The notes under the pieces: generated by a model
The model's input: the letters and a program-made list of their open reading frames with translations, nothing else
Told to the model about the DNA's origin: nothing
Database searches by the model: none
Part shown: positions 10,325 to 20,361 of the stretch, piece after piece
How the letters are laid out: every line of letters starts with the position of its first letter
Position numbering within the stretch: position 1 is the first letter of the stretch
Origin: a virus
Taxonomy: Duplodnaviria > Caudoviricetes
Virus record (IMG/VR): IMGVR_UViG_3300042196_000418
Strand: one strand, 5' to 3'
DNA length: 64,000 nucleotides
Made by a program: the position numbers and the translations under genes

Positions 10325-10543
10325 TCAACGCATTTTTTGCCACGGCCCGACCTCGTAGTCGCCGACCTCGTAGTCGCCGGCCGGCAGCTCGAAGCGCCGT
10401 GGATCCTGATAGCCGCACGCCAGACACCGCGGATTGAGCGCCTGGCAGTCTCGAGCCGCCCTGCACCTCGGGCAGGTGAACGTGCTCGTAGCCACATCGA
10501 CGCCCGGTGCGAAGCCTCGGACTTCTTCCTGGTCCTTTTTCAT
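10325..10543 (-). CDS. Small zinc-ribbon protein
   Basis: CPRC...CLAC; in-frame 15-bp duplication (GDYEV x2, 10347-10376); TACACT 7 nt upstream of the ATG. Confidence 0.55.
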   Translation of the reverse strand: MKKDQEEVRGFAPGVDVATSTFTCPRCRAARDCQALNPRCLACGYQDPRRFELPAGDYEVGDYEVGPWQKMR

Positions 10544-10719
10544 AGTGTTTAGTGTACACCATTGGGCACGGATGGGTGCGTAGATACCCATGTCCCGGTG
10601 CGACGTCTTGAGTGTGCCCCAAAAGCCTCAGGTTCCCCAATACCCACCCCTCTTCCTCAAAAGCTCGATCAACGTTCGGTAATCACGCGCGTCGATGCGC
10701 GGCCCGCGAGAGCTGCTCG

Positions 10720-10788
10720 GACAAAAGTAGAACGGCGTCGCGACAGAAGTAGAACAGCCTCTACCTCAAAACTCGACAGAAGTAGAAC
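10720..10788. repeat. Left subterminal repeats: GACAGAAGTAGAAC x3 and CTACCTCAAAA
   Basis: Copies at 10720 (one mismatch), 10742 and 10775; CTACCTCAAAA at 10761. Confidence 0.85.
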
Positions 10789-10895
10789 GGGCTAACGGCG
10801 TCACGGCAGACGGGATACGCGGCGACCCACGTGTTCCGACATTCACGATCACGTGGCGCGCTAGAGACGGGGTTCGCCGACACCCCGGCGCTCCC

Positions 10896-11210
10896 TTACC
10901 AGCCGCGTTCGCGTTTGTTCCGCGCCCACTGCTCGCGCTGCTCGCGACGGATGCGCCGGGATTCCTCTGCGGTGAGGTCAAGCACGATGGGACCGGGCAT
11001 GCTGTTCAGGATGTCCATCGTTCGCACGAAAAATAGCGCGCGATCGACATCGATGAGCCGTTCACCGTTTGCAGCTCGGGTCGGGCGAAGGATGTCGTCG
11101 ATCCTACGAATGCGCGCTGCGGTCCATCCCAGCATGCGCGCGACGGCATGGATGGTCACGACGTGCTTCGAGCCCACGGGCGGCATGCGATTGGGATTTC
11201 GCTGGCGCAT
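10896..11210 (-). CDS. MerR-like HTH protein
   Basis: TIHAVARMLGWTAARIRR...PTRAANGERL pattern. Confidence 0.5.
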   Translation of the reverse strand: MRQRNPNRMPPVGSKHVVTIHAVARMLGWTAARIRRIDDILRPTRAANGERLIDVDRALFFVRTMDILNSMPGPIVLDLTAEESRRIRREQREQWARNKRERGW

Positions 11211-11268
11211 CTGCCGTTCGTAAGGCGCACGAGGCTAGACCGCAATGGCAGGCGAGATCCCGGGCTAC

Positions 11269-11697
11269 CTACTTCTTGCGCAGTGCTTCCGCGATCTCGG
11301 CATCGAGCTGCGCCGACGTCTTGCGGTCCGTGCGATGCCCGACGAGAACTGTCGCGGTACGTAAGCCGTGGCGATGTGCCGTAAGCATCCGATGCGTACC
11401 GTCGAGAACAGTGCCGTCATCGAAAGCCAAGATGGGACTTGCATGGAGAGCTTTTGCGAGTCCGCCGCGCGCCTTCGCCCACTGCTCGATGGTTTCGATT
11501 CGATCTAGATCGTCTTTATCGAGTGGTTGTCGCGCGTAGTCTTCAAGCGTTCCGACACCTGAAAAACGGAACCACCCTAAGGGACGCTTCTCTTCTGTCC
11601 AGGGCAGATCAAATTCATCACCTTCGAGAATGAACTCGGCGTCTGGCGATCTTGTGGTGACGTCGTTAACAACCTTCAGACCCTTCACGCCCGTCAC
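11269..11697 (-). CDS. ParB/Srx-like domain protein with C-terminal AQLDxEI motif
   Basis: PILAFDDGTVLDGTHRM; ends KTSAQLDAEIAEALRKK. Confidence 0.7.
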   Translation of the reverse strand: MTGVKGLKVVNDVTTRSPDAEFILEGDEFDLPWTEEKRPLGWFRFSGVGTLEDYARQPLDKDDLDRIETIEQWAKARGGLAKALHASPILAFDDGTVLDGTHRMLTAHRHGLRTATVLVGHRTDRKTSAQLDAEIAEALRKK

Positions 11698-12216
11698 TCA
11701 CGCGCACTCAACGCGGTTGGTGCGGCACCATTCGTAGGCCGCGTCTTTCGCTGCGGTCATCGCAGCCTTCTTGCTTGAATAGCCGCCTTCGGCGACGAGC
11801 GACTCGGTGAAGCTGCCCGTGTCGCTGTCGACCGTGGCGAGCGCCCACCACGTGCCGCCCTTCTTCAGCGCTCCGTAGTACACGCCGTCGCCTTTGCTGC
11901 CCATGTACTCGGCGTCGTCCCAGTCGAGGTGCGGCGGCGCGCCGTACTTCGCCTGCGTCTTTGAATAGGCGCTTTCCGTCTCCGGGATCTGTTCGGTGAC
12001 AGTGAAGCTATGGGCGCCCTTTGATTTCTCGTTGAGCACGTGGACTGCCGCGCTGTCCTTGATGAGACCGCGTGGATCGGCGAGGAAGTATTCGCGCACG
12101 TAAGAAGGGATCTGCGAGCCCTTCTTCCATTTCCCTTCGCCGCGCTTTACCGCCAGCAGGCCAAAGCCTGAGATGGCTCGTTGAACCTTTGCCGTCCATG
12201 TCGATTCAGACTTCAT
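11698..12216 (-). CDS. Hypothetical protein
   Basis: Clean, coupled ORF. Confidence 0.65.
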   Translation of the reverse strand: MKSESTWTAKVQRAISGFGLLAVKRGEGKWKKGSQIPSYVREYFLADPRGLIKDSAAVHVLNEKSKGAHSFTVTEQIPETESAYSKTQAKYGAPPHLDWDDAEYMGSKGDGVYYGALKKGGTWWALATVDSDTGSFTESLVAEGGYSSKKAAMTAAKDAAYEWCRTNRVECA

Positions 12217-12422
12217 TTGTACCGAACCTCGTCGATATGCTCAGCCGCCTTCTGGACGGCCTGCCACGCCTTGTCGAGGGCCTTATAGGTGGCCGGCGGA
12301 GCGGCGCCTTGTAGCGCGAATGCTTGGGTGAGTTCGCCCTGCACCTCGCCCAGCAGCTCGAAGATGAGCGTAAGCTTCCCGTACATCGCAGGGTTGTTTC
12401 GTTTCGCCTCCGTGCTCGCCAT
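12213..12422 (-). CDS. Hypothetical protein (probably leaderless)
   Basis: TACCAT 6 nt upstream of the ATG; coupled to the next gene. Confidence 0.55.
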   Translation of the reverse strand: MASTEAKRNNPAMYGKLTLIFELLGEVQGELTQAFALQGAAPPATYKALDKAWQAVQKAAEHIDEVRYK

Positions 12423-12485
12423 GCAGCGATGGTAACAAAACGACTGGACTTTCGTCCATTTTGTTACCGTCGAGTCGCACGTCTG

Positions 12486-12758
12486 CTAGCCGATCACCTT
12501 CCCGCAGTGCGGGCACGTCGGCTTGGGCAGCGCGATGCCCTGGATCACGTCGTGGAGCGACACCTCCAGGAGCTTGGCGATGCGGAACGCGATCGTGGTG
12601 CTCACCTCGGAGCGCCCCGAGGTCATCTCGACGCGCTGGCTGTGCGAGATCGGCAGCGCGCGCTCGACGGTGAGCCAGTTGCCGAAGCGAGCTCGCAGCG
12701 CGCGTAGCGTATCGAGCACGTTCTGCTGCTCGATGCGGGACAGGTCGCGGTACGGCAT
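12486..12758 (-). CDS. XRE-like HTH protein with CPHC zinc knuckle
   Basis: Helix pattern ...SEVSTTIAFRIAKLLEVSLHDVI...CPHCG; directly downstream of the transposase. Confidence 0.6.
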   Translation of the reverse strand: MPYRDLSRIEQQNVLDTLRALRARFGNWLTVERALPISHSQRVEMTSGRSEVSTTIAFRIAKLLEVSLHDVIQGIALPKPTCPHCGKVIG

Positions 12759-12760
12759 GA

Positions 12761-14125
12761 CTACTCGATCTCCTTCGGACGATCGAACCGTGCACGCGTT
12801 GTCTCAGGAGGCTGCATGCTTCCGAAGTCAGGCAGCTTGGCGATCAGATCTTGCGCCCAGTAGCGCGGATCGACGTTCAGCTCCTGCACTGCCGTGATGA
12901 GCTGCGCGATGTTGTGACAGACGAGGCGGAGCATCACCTCCGCGCACTGCGCGTTCAGGGCACGCGATCGGAGCGCGTGCCCGAACCGCGACTTGATGGA
13001 ATTCATGCCCGCCTCGGCCAGCGTGCGCCAATCGTAGTTCTCCCAATATAGGTCCTGGTCGTCTTTCATCCTGTTGTAGAGGCGACCGACGGTCTCGGGC
13101 TGGGTCTTCCCGGTGACGTTGTCTCGAAAATCAAAGAACGGCGTGGCGCCGATCTCCTCGACGGCGAGGACGTTGTACCAAGAGTTGTAGGCTGAATCGC
13201 CCAGCCACTTGGCCACGCGCCCGCCGTTGGCCACGATGCGCCGGACCAGCTCGGGCATGAGCGGGCATTCACCGATTTTATCCGTGACCTGCGCAGCGGG
13301 AGCCACGAGCGTCCGCACGCCAAAGACGATCGTCGCGTTGAGCCAGCGGTGCCTCAGCGTGGGAAGTCGTTGCTGCTCTTCCTTCCCGTGCTTGCGCGTG
13401 AAGTGGTGATCGTACACAGAGCTTCCGAAGCCGGTACCGTCGATCGCGAACGTGTCCTCAAGACCGATGAGCGGCAACGCGGAGCCCGCGAGGAGCCGAT
13501 GGAGCAGCACCATGTGCTCGGGCTCTGCGAACACGCGGAGCAACGTGTTGTAGGACGGCACCTGCGTCATGCGGATGAGACCCGCCTTGCAGTAGAGCTG
13601 GACCTGGACAACAGCCTCAGCGGCGGTCAGGTTCTCGAAGGCTCTAATCAGCGCGGTCAGCAGGACATCACGCAGCGGAATTGCGGGCCGACCATTCTCG
13701 CCGATCACGCGACCACTCAACCCGAGGCCGTCTACAAGCAGCTCGCAGTAGTGGGGAGCCAGGTGCGGGATCAGCGTCCGGCAGGCATTCGTCGCCTTCC
13801 AGTCGCGCGTGAACGCCCTCCTTAGCTCCTTCGGCTTGCGCGGCTTCTGCGTCACGATCAGCTCGCTACCGTCCGCCAGCTTCAGGACGTGAACGACGGC
13901 CCAAATGTGCTTGCAGCGATGGGGTCGATCGTGGCCACCGAGCCGGGACCAATCGAGGCACGAGCATGTCTCGGCCTTCGTGTCGACGACGTAGGTGCTG
14001 CCGTTGCTCGCTGCGCTCGGCACGAGGTACTTCGCGCCGACCAGAACCTTGATCGCGTCCTTCTTTGCCTTGGCGATCGCAAGACCCCGCTGCGAGCGGA
14101 CGTCCGAGGAGATCTCTTCGTTCAT
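12761..14125 (-). CDS. Transposase: N-terminal SWIM zinc finger plus IS4/IS5-superfamily DDE domain
   Basis: CSCLD...CKHIWAV (SWIM); AIDGTG, LGDSAY, YDWRTLAEAGMNSIK (YREK-like) and LVCHNI. Confidence 0.9.
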   Translation of the reverse strand: MNEEISSDVRSQRGLAIAKAKKDAIKVLVGAKYLVPSAASNGSTYVVDTKAETCSCLDWSRLGGHDRPHRCKHIWAVVHVLKLADGSELIVTQKPRKPKELRRAFTRDWKATNACRTLIPHLAPHYCELLVDGLGLSGRVIGENGRPAIPLRDVLLTALIRAFENLTAAEAVVQVQLYCKAGLIRMTQVPSYNTLLRVFAEPEHMVLLHRLLAGSALPLIGLEDTFAIDGTGFGSSVYDHHFTRKHGKEEQQRLPTLRHRWLNATIVFGVRTLVAPAAQVTDKIGECPLMPELVRRIVANGGRVAKWLGDSAYNSWYNVLAVEEIGATPFFDFRDNVTGKTQPETVGRLYNRMKDDQDLYWENYDWRTLAEAGMNSIKSRFGHALRSRALNAQCAEVMLRLVCHNIAQLITAVQELNVDPRYWAQDLIAKLPDFGSMQPPETTRARFDRPKEIE

Positions 14126-14208
14126 GATATCTATTGTATAGCTGGTAGATATGACAGATCATGGAATTGACTCCGTGCGCTAACCGATATACAAGCGCTA
14201 TCAACAAC

Positions 14209-14427
14209 ATGGCGACCAAGACGAAACCAGCGGCCAAGAAGGACACGTCGGAAAAGAAGCGCCGCAAGGCCGTACTCAAGGACAAAGGGATCCTGGTCCG
14301 CGTCACCGCAGACGAGAAAGAAGCGATCGAGGCGGCAGCGAAGAAAGAGCACCTCGCCGTCTCGACATGGTTGCTGACTGTGGCGTTTCGCGAGATCGAG
14401 AGGCAGGCGAAGGCCGCTGCGAAGTGA
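14209..14427 (+). CDS. Ribbon-helix-helix DNA-binding protein
   Basis: ILVRVTADEKEAIEAAAKKEHLAVSTWLL; divergent from the transposase. Confidence 0.7.
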   Translation: MATKTKPAAKKDTSEKKRRKAVLKDKGILVRVTADEKEAIEAAAKKEHLAVSTWLLTVAFREIERQAKAAAK

Positions 14428-15306
14428 TCAGTTCAGATCGGATCCTTCCTCCGAGACGGGCACGGTCAGCGCGTACAGCGCTCCGTGCTCGTTCGCGCCG
14501 TGGAACGCGATGACGCCCTTCTCAAGTAGGCGCAAGAGATCATGCCTGAGCGTCGCCTCATTGAGCTTGCGGCCCTTGCGATGCAGACGGCTCTCGACCT
14601 GGCGCGCAATGAAACGCTGACCCAGCGGCAGACTCTCGTTCGAGAGGACGTCGACAATCATCGCGGGGATCGAGTCGACGCGCGCCGCGACGTCAACGCC
14701 AGGAAGCGCCCACGTCGTGTTGTGGTGCGCGCCGTGACGCTGTATTCGCTTCTTGCGCTCAAGGTACTTCAAGAGGCTCCAGACGTTTGGGAGCGCCAGG
14801 CGAATCCTCTTTGCAATCTCGCTCGCCCGGAGACCTGTCCGATCAGCGTCGAGAAGCTTGAGAATTCGATCCGTGTGCTTTTGAGCTGGCCTCTTGTTTC
14901 CAGGCTCGCGTAGTCCCGCGCGTTGAAGGCGCCTTCGGAAGTTGGTGCGATCGACGCCTGCGATGCGCGCTGCATCGCTAATGGTGCCGTTTGACTGTTC
15001 CATGATGCGCGTGAGGTGATCGCGCTCGATATCTTCGGCCGCACGGCGCTTGGCCACCTCGATCGGTACATCAGTCGGCGTCTCGATCGTGGGCTCGGCC
15101 GTCGGCGTCTCGATCATGGGCTCGGGCGTCGACGCGGTAGTGGTGCCCGCAGCGTTCGTAGCGGCAGCGAGCCTTTCCTCGATCTTGAAGTAGATTGCCT
15201 CGCACTGATCGTCGGTGAGCTTGTCCACCGCTGCGATTGCAACCGCGAGCAGCTCGGCCTTGAGCAAGGCAAACTGGCGGGCCTTCTCGCGTGGGTTCGT
15301 CGGCAC
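14428..15306 (-). CDS. Fis-type HTH plus winged-helix DNA-binding protein
   Basis: ERDHLTRIMEQSNGTISDAARIAGVDRTNFRRRL followed by wHTH-like segments; 27-bp tandem repeat in the linker. Confidence 0.7.
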   Translation of the reverse strand: MPTNPREKARQFALLKAELLAVAIAAVDKLTDDQCEAIYFKIEERLAAATNAAGTTTASTPEPMIETPTAEPTIETPTDVPIEVAKRRAAEDIERDHLTRIMEQSNGTISDAARIAGVDRTNFRRRLQRAGLREPGNKRPAQKHTDRILKLLDADRTGLRASEIAKRIRLALPNVWSLLKYLERKKRIQRHGAHHNTTWALPGVDVAARVDSIPAMIVDVLSNESLPLGQRFIARQVESRLHRKGRKLNEATLRHDLLRLLEKGVIAFHGANEHGALYALTVPVSEEGSDLN

Positions 15307-15373
15307 CCATGTGATTTCGCACGACGACGCATCACGAAAGCCTGCGAATGATCTCGCGCTTCGTGACTCGGGC

Positions 15374-15514
15374 AGTAACAGATCGGGCTGTCGGCCGCGT
15401 TGTTTTGTTACCTTCGGATGCCCTAGGTAACAGAACGGGTCGGTCGAGCGTCTGATCTGTTACCTATCGGCGCGTCGAGTAACAAAACGGACCGCTGCGA
15501 CGGTGTTTGTTACT
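15374..15514. repeat. Three inverted-repeat units RGTAACARA...TYTGTTACY with 52-bp period
   Basis: Units at 15374-15412, 15426-15464 and 15478-15514; a fourth unit at 12431-12468. Confidence 0.8.
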
Positions 15515-16112
15515 CCCTGTGTTGGGAAAGGTACGTCGTCAAGGTGCGTGGCTTGAAACGCTTCCCGCGTATCCCGCCCTCGTAGAGTCGCTGGGACATC
15601 TCGGTGGCGCCGACCTCCCATTCGAGCATCTTCAGGAAGACCTCGTGCTTTGCGACCGACGGTGTGCGTCCTGCCTTCGACGGCCAAAGCTTGTCCAACT
15701 GCTCTGCGTGCCATTGCAGCGTCGTTCGGATCAGCTCGGCCGCGTCCAGGAGCGTCGCGGCTTGCCGTCGAAGATTCTCGCGTATCCCGCCTTCCACGAG
15801 CTGATCGAGACGGCCCTCGGTGAGTCGCATATGCGGGCCGTCGTGTTTCCACTTCAGCTTGTCCAGGATCACGCTGCGCGCGTAGCGCGAAGGTTTCACG
15901 TCGCGAAGCTGGTACTTGAAGGTACTGAGGCCCTCTAGAAGATCGGCGCTCCGATGAGCAGCGTGGCCTTCTCTCTCGATCATGTCCGCAAGCCTCGTCG
16001 CCTCGTCGCGGAACTTCTTCTTGTCGAGATCGCAGACAACCGAGATCCAGGCGGTCAGCGCTTTCCAGTCCTCTTTCGTCGCAGGCTCGAACTTGCGCTG
16101 CTTCTTGGCCAC
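15510..16112 (-). CDS. Hypothetical transposon cargo protein
   Basis: Clean 200-aa ORF inside the TIRs. Confidence 0.65.
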   Translation of the reverse strand: MAKKQRKFEPATKEDWKALTAWISVVCDLDKKKFRDEATRLADMIEREGHAAHRSADLLEGLSTFKYQLRDVKPSRYARSVILDKLKWKHDGPHMRLTEGRLDQLVEGGIRENLRRQAATLLDAAELIRTTLQWHAEQLDKLWPSKAGRTPSVAKHEVFLKMLEWEVGATEMSQRLYEGGIRGKRFKPRTLTTYLSQHRE

Positions 16113-16269
16113 TTGCCGAGATCGTCGAACGGCCGATCGCGCGGCGCAAAAAAGAGCGTGGCGTTTCGTCGGTTACGTAAGCACGTCGAGAAGTGCGCAA
16201 CCCTGAAAAGGAACGAATGCAGACGCATCCCTTCGAGACCGAGCTGCGGCTCTTTTCCGGTCGCGCGCT

Positions 16270-16349
16270 GTTCTACTTCTGTCCGCTACCTCAAAAGGCG
16301 ACAGAAGTAGAACTGCGCAGCGTTCAACTAGAGTCGCGTTACCTCAAAA
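16270..16349. repeat. Right subterminal repeats: GACAGAAGTAGAAC x2 (one inverted) and TACCTCAAAA x2
   Basis: 16270-16283 (reverse) and 16300-16313; TACCTCAAAA at 16287 and 16340. Confidence 0.85.
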
Positions 16350-16432
16350 CCCATGTCGGTTCCCTAAAACCCCCGATTTCCGACGAGGTTTTGGGGCACA
16401 CTCACGACGTCTTCCCGTATCACTCCTGCAAC

Positions 16433-16510
16433 GGGTACCTTGATACCCAGGTGTCCTTGCGCGGACTTGCCTGCTTCACTGGGCTTTCCCAGCCCGGCAC
16501 GCTGCGTGTA
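16433..16510 (+). promoter_or_regulatory. GGGTA-N6-TACCC palindrome plus sigma54-like box
   Basis: Palindrome 16433-16448; cGGCACGctgcgtGTa at 16495-16510, 14 nt before ATG 16523 (GT in place of GC). Confidence 0.65.
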
Positions 16511-16522
16511 CTACCAAACAGC

Positions 16523-17020
16523 ATGACGACCGTAACGATCGACACCAGCAAGAACGACGACACGAGTAACCTCATGGTCCAGATCAAGCTCCGTGATCGC
16601 GACCTCAACGCCAAAGGCAGCGGCACGGAGGAGCATCGCCTCGTCGTGCTACTCGACACCGCGCCCGAAGATCCTACCGTCATGGGCACGGGGCGAGCGA
16701 AGTGGGCACGTGACTGCGCGGAGCGCGTGACTGGCGACTGGCTGCGAATGGATTTCCGCGCGGCGAATCGCAAGTGTGGCGAGCGTGGATGGGTCCCGAT
16801 CGGCACACTCGTGATCGCGATCGACAAGTCGATTCGCGGCTACAAAAGTGAGGGACGTGCAACCTACGCGCTCGGTGTCGTCGGCGCCGATGCGGAAGGA
16901 AAGACCAAGATCACGTGGAACCTGCCCGGCAAGGACGGCCACGTTAAGGTCGAGTCCAACGGATCGGGTTGGACGCACACGATCGTGTACCAGGGTCGCC
17001 GCTACGAGGTGCGATCGTGA
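16523..17020 (+). CDS. Hypothetical protein, first gene of the + operon
   Basis: Start placed outside the transposon, just downstream of the promoter motif. Confidence 0.65.
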   Translation: MTTVTIDTSKNDDTSNLMVQIKLRDRDLNAKGSGTEEHRLVVLLDTAPEDPTVMGTGRAKWARDCAERVTGDWLRMDFRAANRKCGERGWVPIGTLVIAIDKSIRGYKSEGRATYALGVVGADAEGKTKITWNLPGKDGHVKVESNGSGWTHTIVYQGRRYEVRS

Positions 17021-17647
17021 ACGCCCGCGACATCGAGAAGCAGATCCTGAACCTCATCGAGTCCTCGTTCGAGGACACCCGCGTCCCCGACGCGATCGCC
17101 GCGCACGCCGACAAGCGCACAGGCAAGTTGGTCACCAAGACCGACGCGGAGCAGCTCGAAGCACAGCTCGGAGTCCCCGTGCGCATCCTGCGCCGGTACG
17201 GCATGACGCAGGTCGCGAAAACGGGTATCGAGATCCAAGCAGTGACCTCTCCGATCAACGCAGCAATCGACGCGGCAACCGGAGCCAGCACAAGTACCGC
17301 CACACGATTCATCGAATGGGCCACGCGCGAGCACTGGGGCATCGAGCACGCGCCCGTGGCGTACCAAAAGGCGCTCACCGCCAAGGAAGCACAGATCTGA
17401 TGGGCACAAAATCGACGCGCAAGTACCCGCGGTGGATCGTCCTCTACTACATCCACACCCCCGGTTCGACGTGGCTCGGAAAGGGCGTGGAGTTTTTCGA
17501 CGACGAAGCGCCTGCGCGTGAGCGTGGTCGCGTAACAAACGGCACCAGCCGCCCGTTCTATCCGCCCTGGGATCGCCAGTACCTGGGCGCCGCACAGGGG
17601 CACGCCAACCCTGTAGCCTTGACGGCCTACCTTCAGGAGTACCGGCC

Positions 17648-18094
17648 GTGACGTGCGGTCGCTGCCGCGAGAGCGGCCACAACCGGACGACGTGCCCCAA
17701 GTCAGAGCATCTGCCGCAAGCGCCGCCCGCCGAGCTGCTGCGGGTGCTGATCGATCCGATGCATGCGCTCACGCTCGTCACGGAAGGCAAGACAGCTGAG
17801 GCGCTTGCGAATGCCACGCGTCAAATCGGAGAACTCAACCGCGACGGGCTCGGGCACCTGGCGTGCAGCGACATCTTGATCGCGCTCGCCGAGTTGGAGC
17901 TGCGCTCCAGGCAGATTCCTGCGGCAATCGAAAACGTCCGATCAACACGCATGTCCGTCGAATCCGCCAAAGCAGCGCTCGCCGCCGCCAGGCACGAACA
18001 TGCGCGGTCCGAAGCCGAGATCCTCATCGCGCTCGGGTACCACGAGAAGGCCGAAGCATTGGGCTTCCCCCTCCTGCACGAACGAACCTCCTGA
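17648..18094 (+). CDS. CCHC zinc-knuckle protein
   Basis: CGRCRESGHNRTTC. Confidence 0.55.
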   Translation: MTCGRCRESGHNRTTCPKSEHLPQAPPAELLRVLIDPMHALTLVTEGKTAEALANATRQIGELNRDGLGHLACSDILIALAELELRSRQIPAAIENVRSTRMSVESAKAALAAARHEHARSEAEILIALGYHEKAEALGFPLLHERTS

Positions 18095-18383
18095 TGGCGA
18101 GGGCGGAAAAGCACGTCCTGACCGAGACGGACTACTGCGCCACGATGTTCGAGCATCCGAAAGTCAACGGGCGCTACCGGTGCACGGCCGCTGGGCGTTA
18201 CATGGACACGGACGGGCGAGTGATCTGCGAGCGGTGCGCCGTTGATCTCGTGGTAGTTAAGCTCACCGACGTCCCGAAGCTCATCAATCTCGTCGATCGC
18301 CTCGTCGAGCTGACACCACCGATGACCAACGATCTGCGAGCACAACTGCGCACCCTGGTGAGCCGTTTGGCGAAAGTTTCGCC

Positions 18384-18953
18384 GTGATCACGCTCGTGCA
18401 TGGCGGGCAGACCGGCGTTGATCGCGGCGGCCACGAAGGCGCGATCGACAACGGCTGGCGGATCGCGGGCTACATGCCGAGCGACGCGCGTGACGAGCTC
18501 GGTGCGATCCCAGAGGCGGTCGCACGATTTCTCGTGCCGCACGACAAGGCGCGCTACTCCGCGCGCACCGAGGCAAATGTAGCCTCGGTCAACGCTGCAC
18601 TGATCGTCGTGCGCGACGCGAACGCCCCGCGGGAGACGCCAGGCACTGCCATGACGATCGACCTGGCTGCCCAGCGGCAGCTGCCCCGCAAGATCGCCGA
18701 TCCGAGTACCGATGCGACGCAGATCGCCCTCTGGATTTGGAACGATCTGCTCAGGCCAAGCACGCTGATGCTGCCGCTCGACGGATTCCAGCCCGATCCA
18801 GTGACCACACGGCTGCTAATCGCCGGCCCACGCGAGAGTAAATGGCGTGGCGCGCAAGCCGATACAGCGGAACTCCTGCGCCAGATCGCCCTCGCGATCA
18901 CCGAGATCCGCACCCCCATCCCAGATCAAGATCTGTCCCTCCAGCAGCGATAA
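18384..18953 (+). CDS. SLOG-superfamily (YpsA-like / putative molybdenum carrier) protein
   Basis: GGQTGVDRGG, RTEANV and IAGPRES. Confidence 0.8.
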   Translation: MITLVHGGQTGVDRGGHEGAIDNGWRIAGYMPSDARDELGAIPEAVARFLVPHDKARYSARTEANVASVNAALIVVRDANAPRETPGTAMTIDLAAQRQLPRKIADPSTDATQIALWIWNDLLRPSTLMLPLDGFQPDPVTTRLLIAGPRESKWRGAQADTAELLRQIALAITEIRTPIPDQDLSLQQR

Positions 18954-19851
18954 TATCCGACCAGACATGCAGAAAAAGGGTCCCAAGTCCATTCCGAGCC
19001 AGGTCCAGCTGCCTGGTGGCATCACGCTCAAGGGCGTGCCGTTCAAGATCGTCGAGTACAACCCGGATGGCACACCAAAGCTGTTCGAGCTGCTGCCGCT
19101 CGGCGCTGCGTTCGACATCACGGAGAACGATACGTGCGTGCTGTTCGCACGGGAAACGGTCATGCGAAAGCCGTGGCAGAACGGGAAGCCGCCGAAGGAA
19201 AGCTGACCCGAACGTATCGGCCACCGCAGCAAGAAAAGTTGCGCGCTACGTGGAGCTGGGAGAGCGTTGAACCGTGACCGATTCCAAGAACATCACTGAA
19301 GCGACGACCCTCGCCGAGTTGCGCGAGCAATGCCTCCTCCTCGAAGTCATCTCACTCCGGCTCTATCCATCCATGAACGGCGAGGGACGCACAGCGGGCG
19401 TGCATCACGCGACGGGGATCTATGTGGACACAGGGCCGACCGAGGCGACGGCGATCGAGGCAGCCTTTGTCAAGCTCCGACACGCGCTTCTGTCCGAGCC
19501 ACTCAAGCAGTACCTTGAAGAGATCGAAGACAAGGAGTCGCGATGAAGCATCGTTTCATTCCCCTCGCCACGATCAAGCGCTACGAGACGCTCGCGCGCA
19601 AACGCAAGGTCTCCGAAGTCGCGCGAGGGCCCGGAGGCTTTCTGCCCGCATACAAGCGCGCAGGATCTGCGGCGGCGCTTCCCGACTACTGGCGGAGCAA
19701 GCGCGAAGCCTTCATCGCCCGGCACATGGCGCAGGTCGAGGAGCGTAACGAGCCTTTGTGGGATTTGGACGGGCATCCCTCTCGTCGTCACCTGGCGCTC
19801 ATTATGTGGGCCTACTCGCCCGCAGCAAGTCGTCTATAGAAGGACCTCGTC

Positions 19852-20361
19852 ATGACGCGCAAGAAGACAGGTGCCCAGCTCGATCGAGATGTCGCGAAGG
19901 CCCTCAAGAAGCCTGCGTTGACGGTCAAGCGCGCCGACGAGGTCATCCGCGCAGCGCAGCTGGAGGGCTTCAGCGGCCGATGCGGCCGTGTCGCGATCGC
20001 GATCAACAGCATCTTGTTTGACAACAAGGGGCGCTACGTCGTCGCCACGAACCCCGCGATCAACAAACACCGCGGGCAGCTGTTCATGGGTCACGTCGTC
20101 GTCGAGTGGAAGAAACGGCTGTTCGACGCAACGGGTGTCATCAACGACGAGGACACGATCGAGTCTTGGGGAATGGTCGACCACACCGATCCAGACTACG
20201 ACTACCTCACCGAGGACGAAGCCAACGACGGTCAACTTCACTACATCGACGACCTGTTCCGAAGTCGCGCAGAGCAAGAGAAGGCCATCGAGGTTGGAAC
20301 GCGGGGACAGTGCCCGCTGCGCGATGTGGAGAAAGCCCTCCGCGAGGCCATGGAGTCATGA
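19852..20361 (+). CDS. Papain/transglutaminase-like protein with N-terminal AQLD motif
   Basis: KKTGAQLDRDVAKAL; possible Cys-His-Asp triad GRCG...GHVVV...FDATG. Confidence 0.55.
   Translation: MTRKKTGAQLDRDVAKALKKPALTVKRADEVIRAAQLEGFSGRCGRVAIAINSILFDNKGRYVVATNPAINKHRGQLFMGHVVVEWKKRLFDATGVINDEDTIESWGMVDHTDPDYDYLTEDEANDGQLHYIDDLFRSRAEQEKAIEVGTRGQCPLRDVEKALREAMES

Larger units (their letters stand above)
10609..16404. mobile_element. 5,796-bp cargo transposon with SWIM-DDE transposase
   Basis: Perfect 16-bp TIR TGAGTGTGCCCCAAAA (10609-10624 / 16389-16404); 8-bp direct repeat CGACGTCT (10601-10608 / 16405-16412); internal transposase; shared subterminal repeats. Confidence 0.9.

Noticed and set aside
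10720-10788. Possible CRISPR mini-array (GACAGAAGTAGAAC repeats)
   Set aside because: Repeats are only 14 bp with 8-19 bp gaps, recur inverted at the other transposon end, and no cas genes are present.
16193-16522. Long N-terminal extension of ORF 16193..17020
   Set aside because: It runs through the transposon end repeats, TIR, TSD and promoter; ATG 16523 is preferred.
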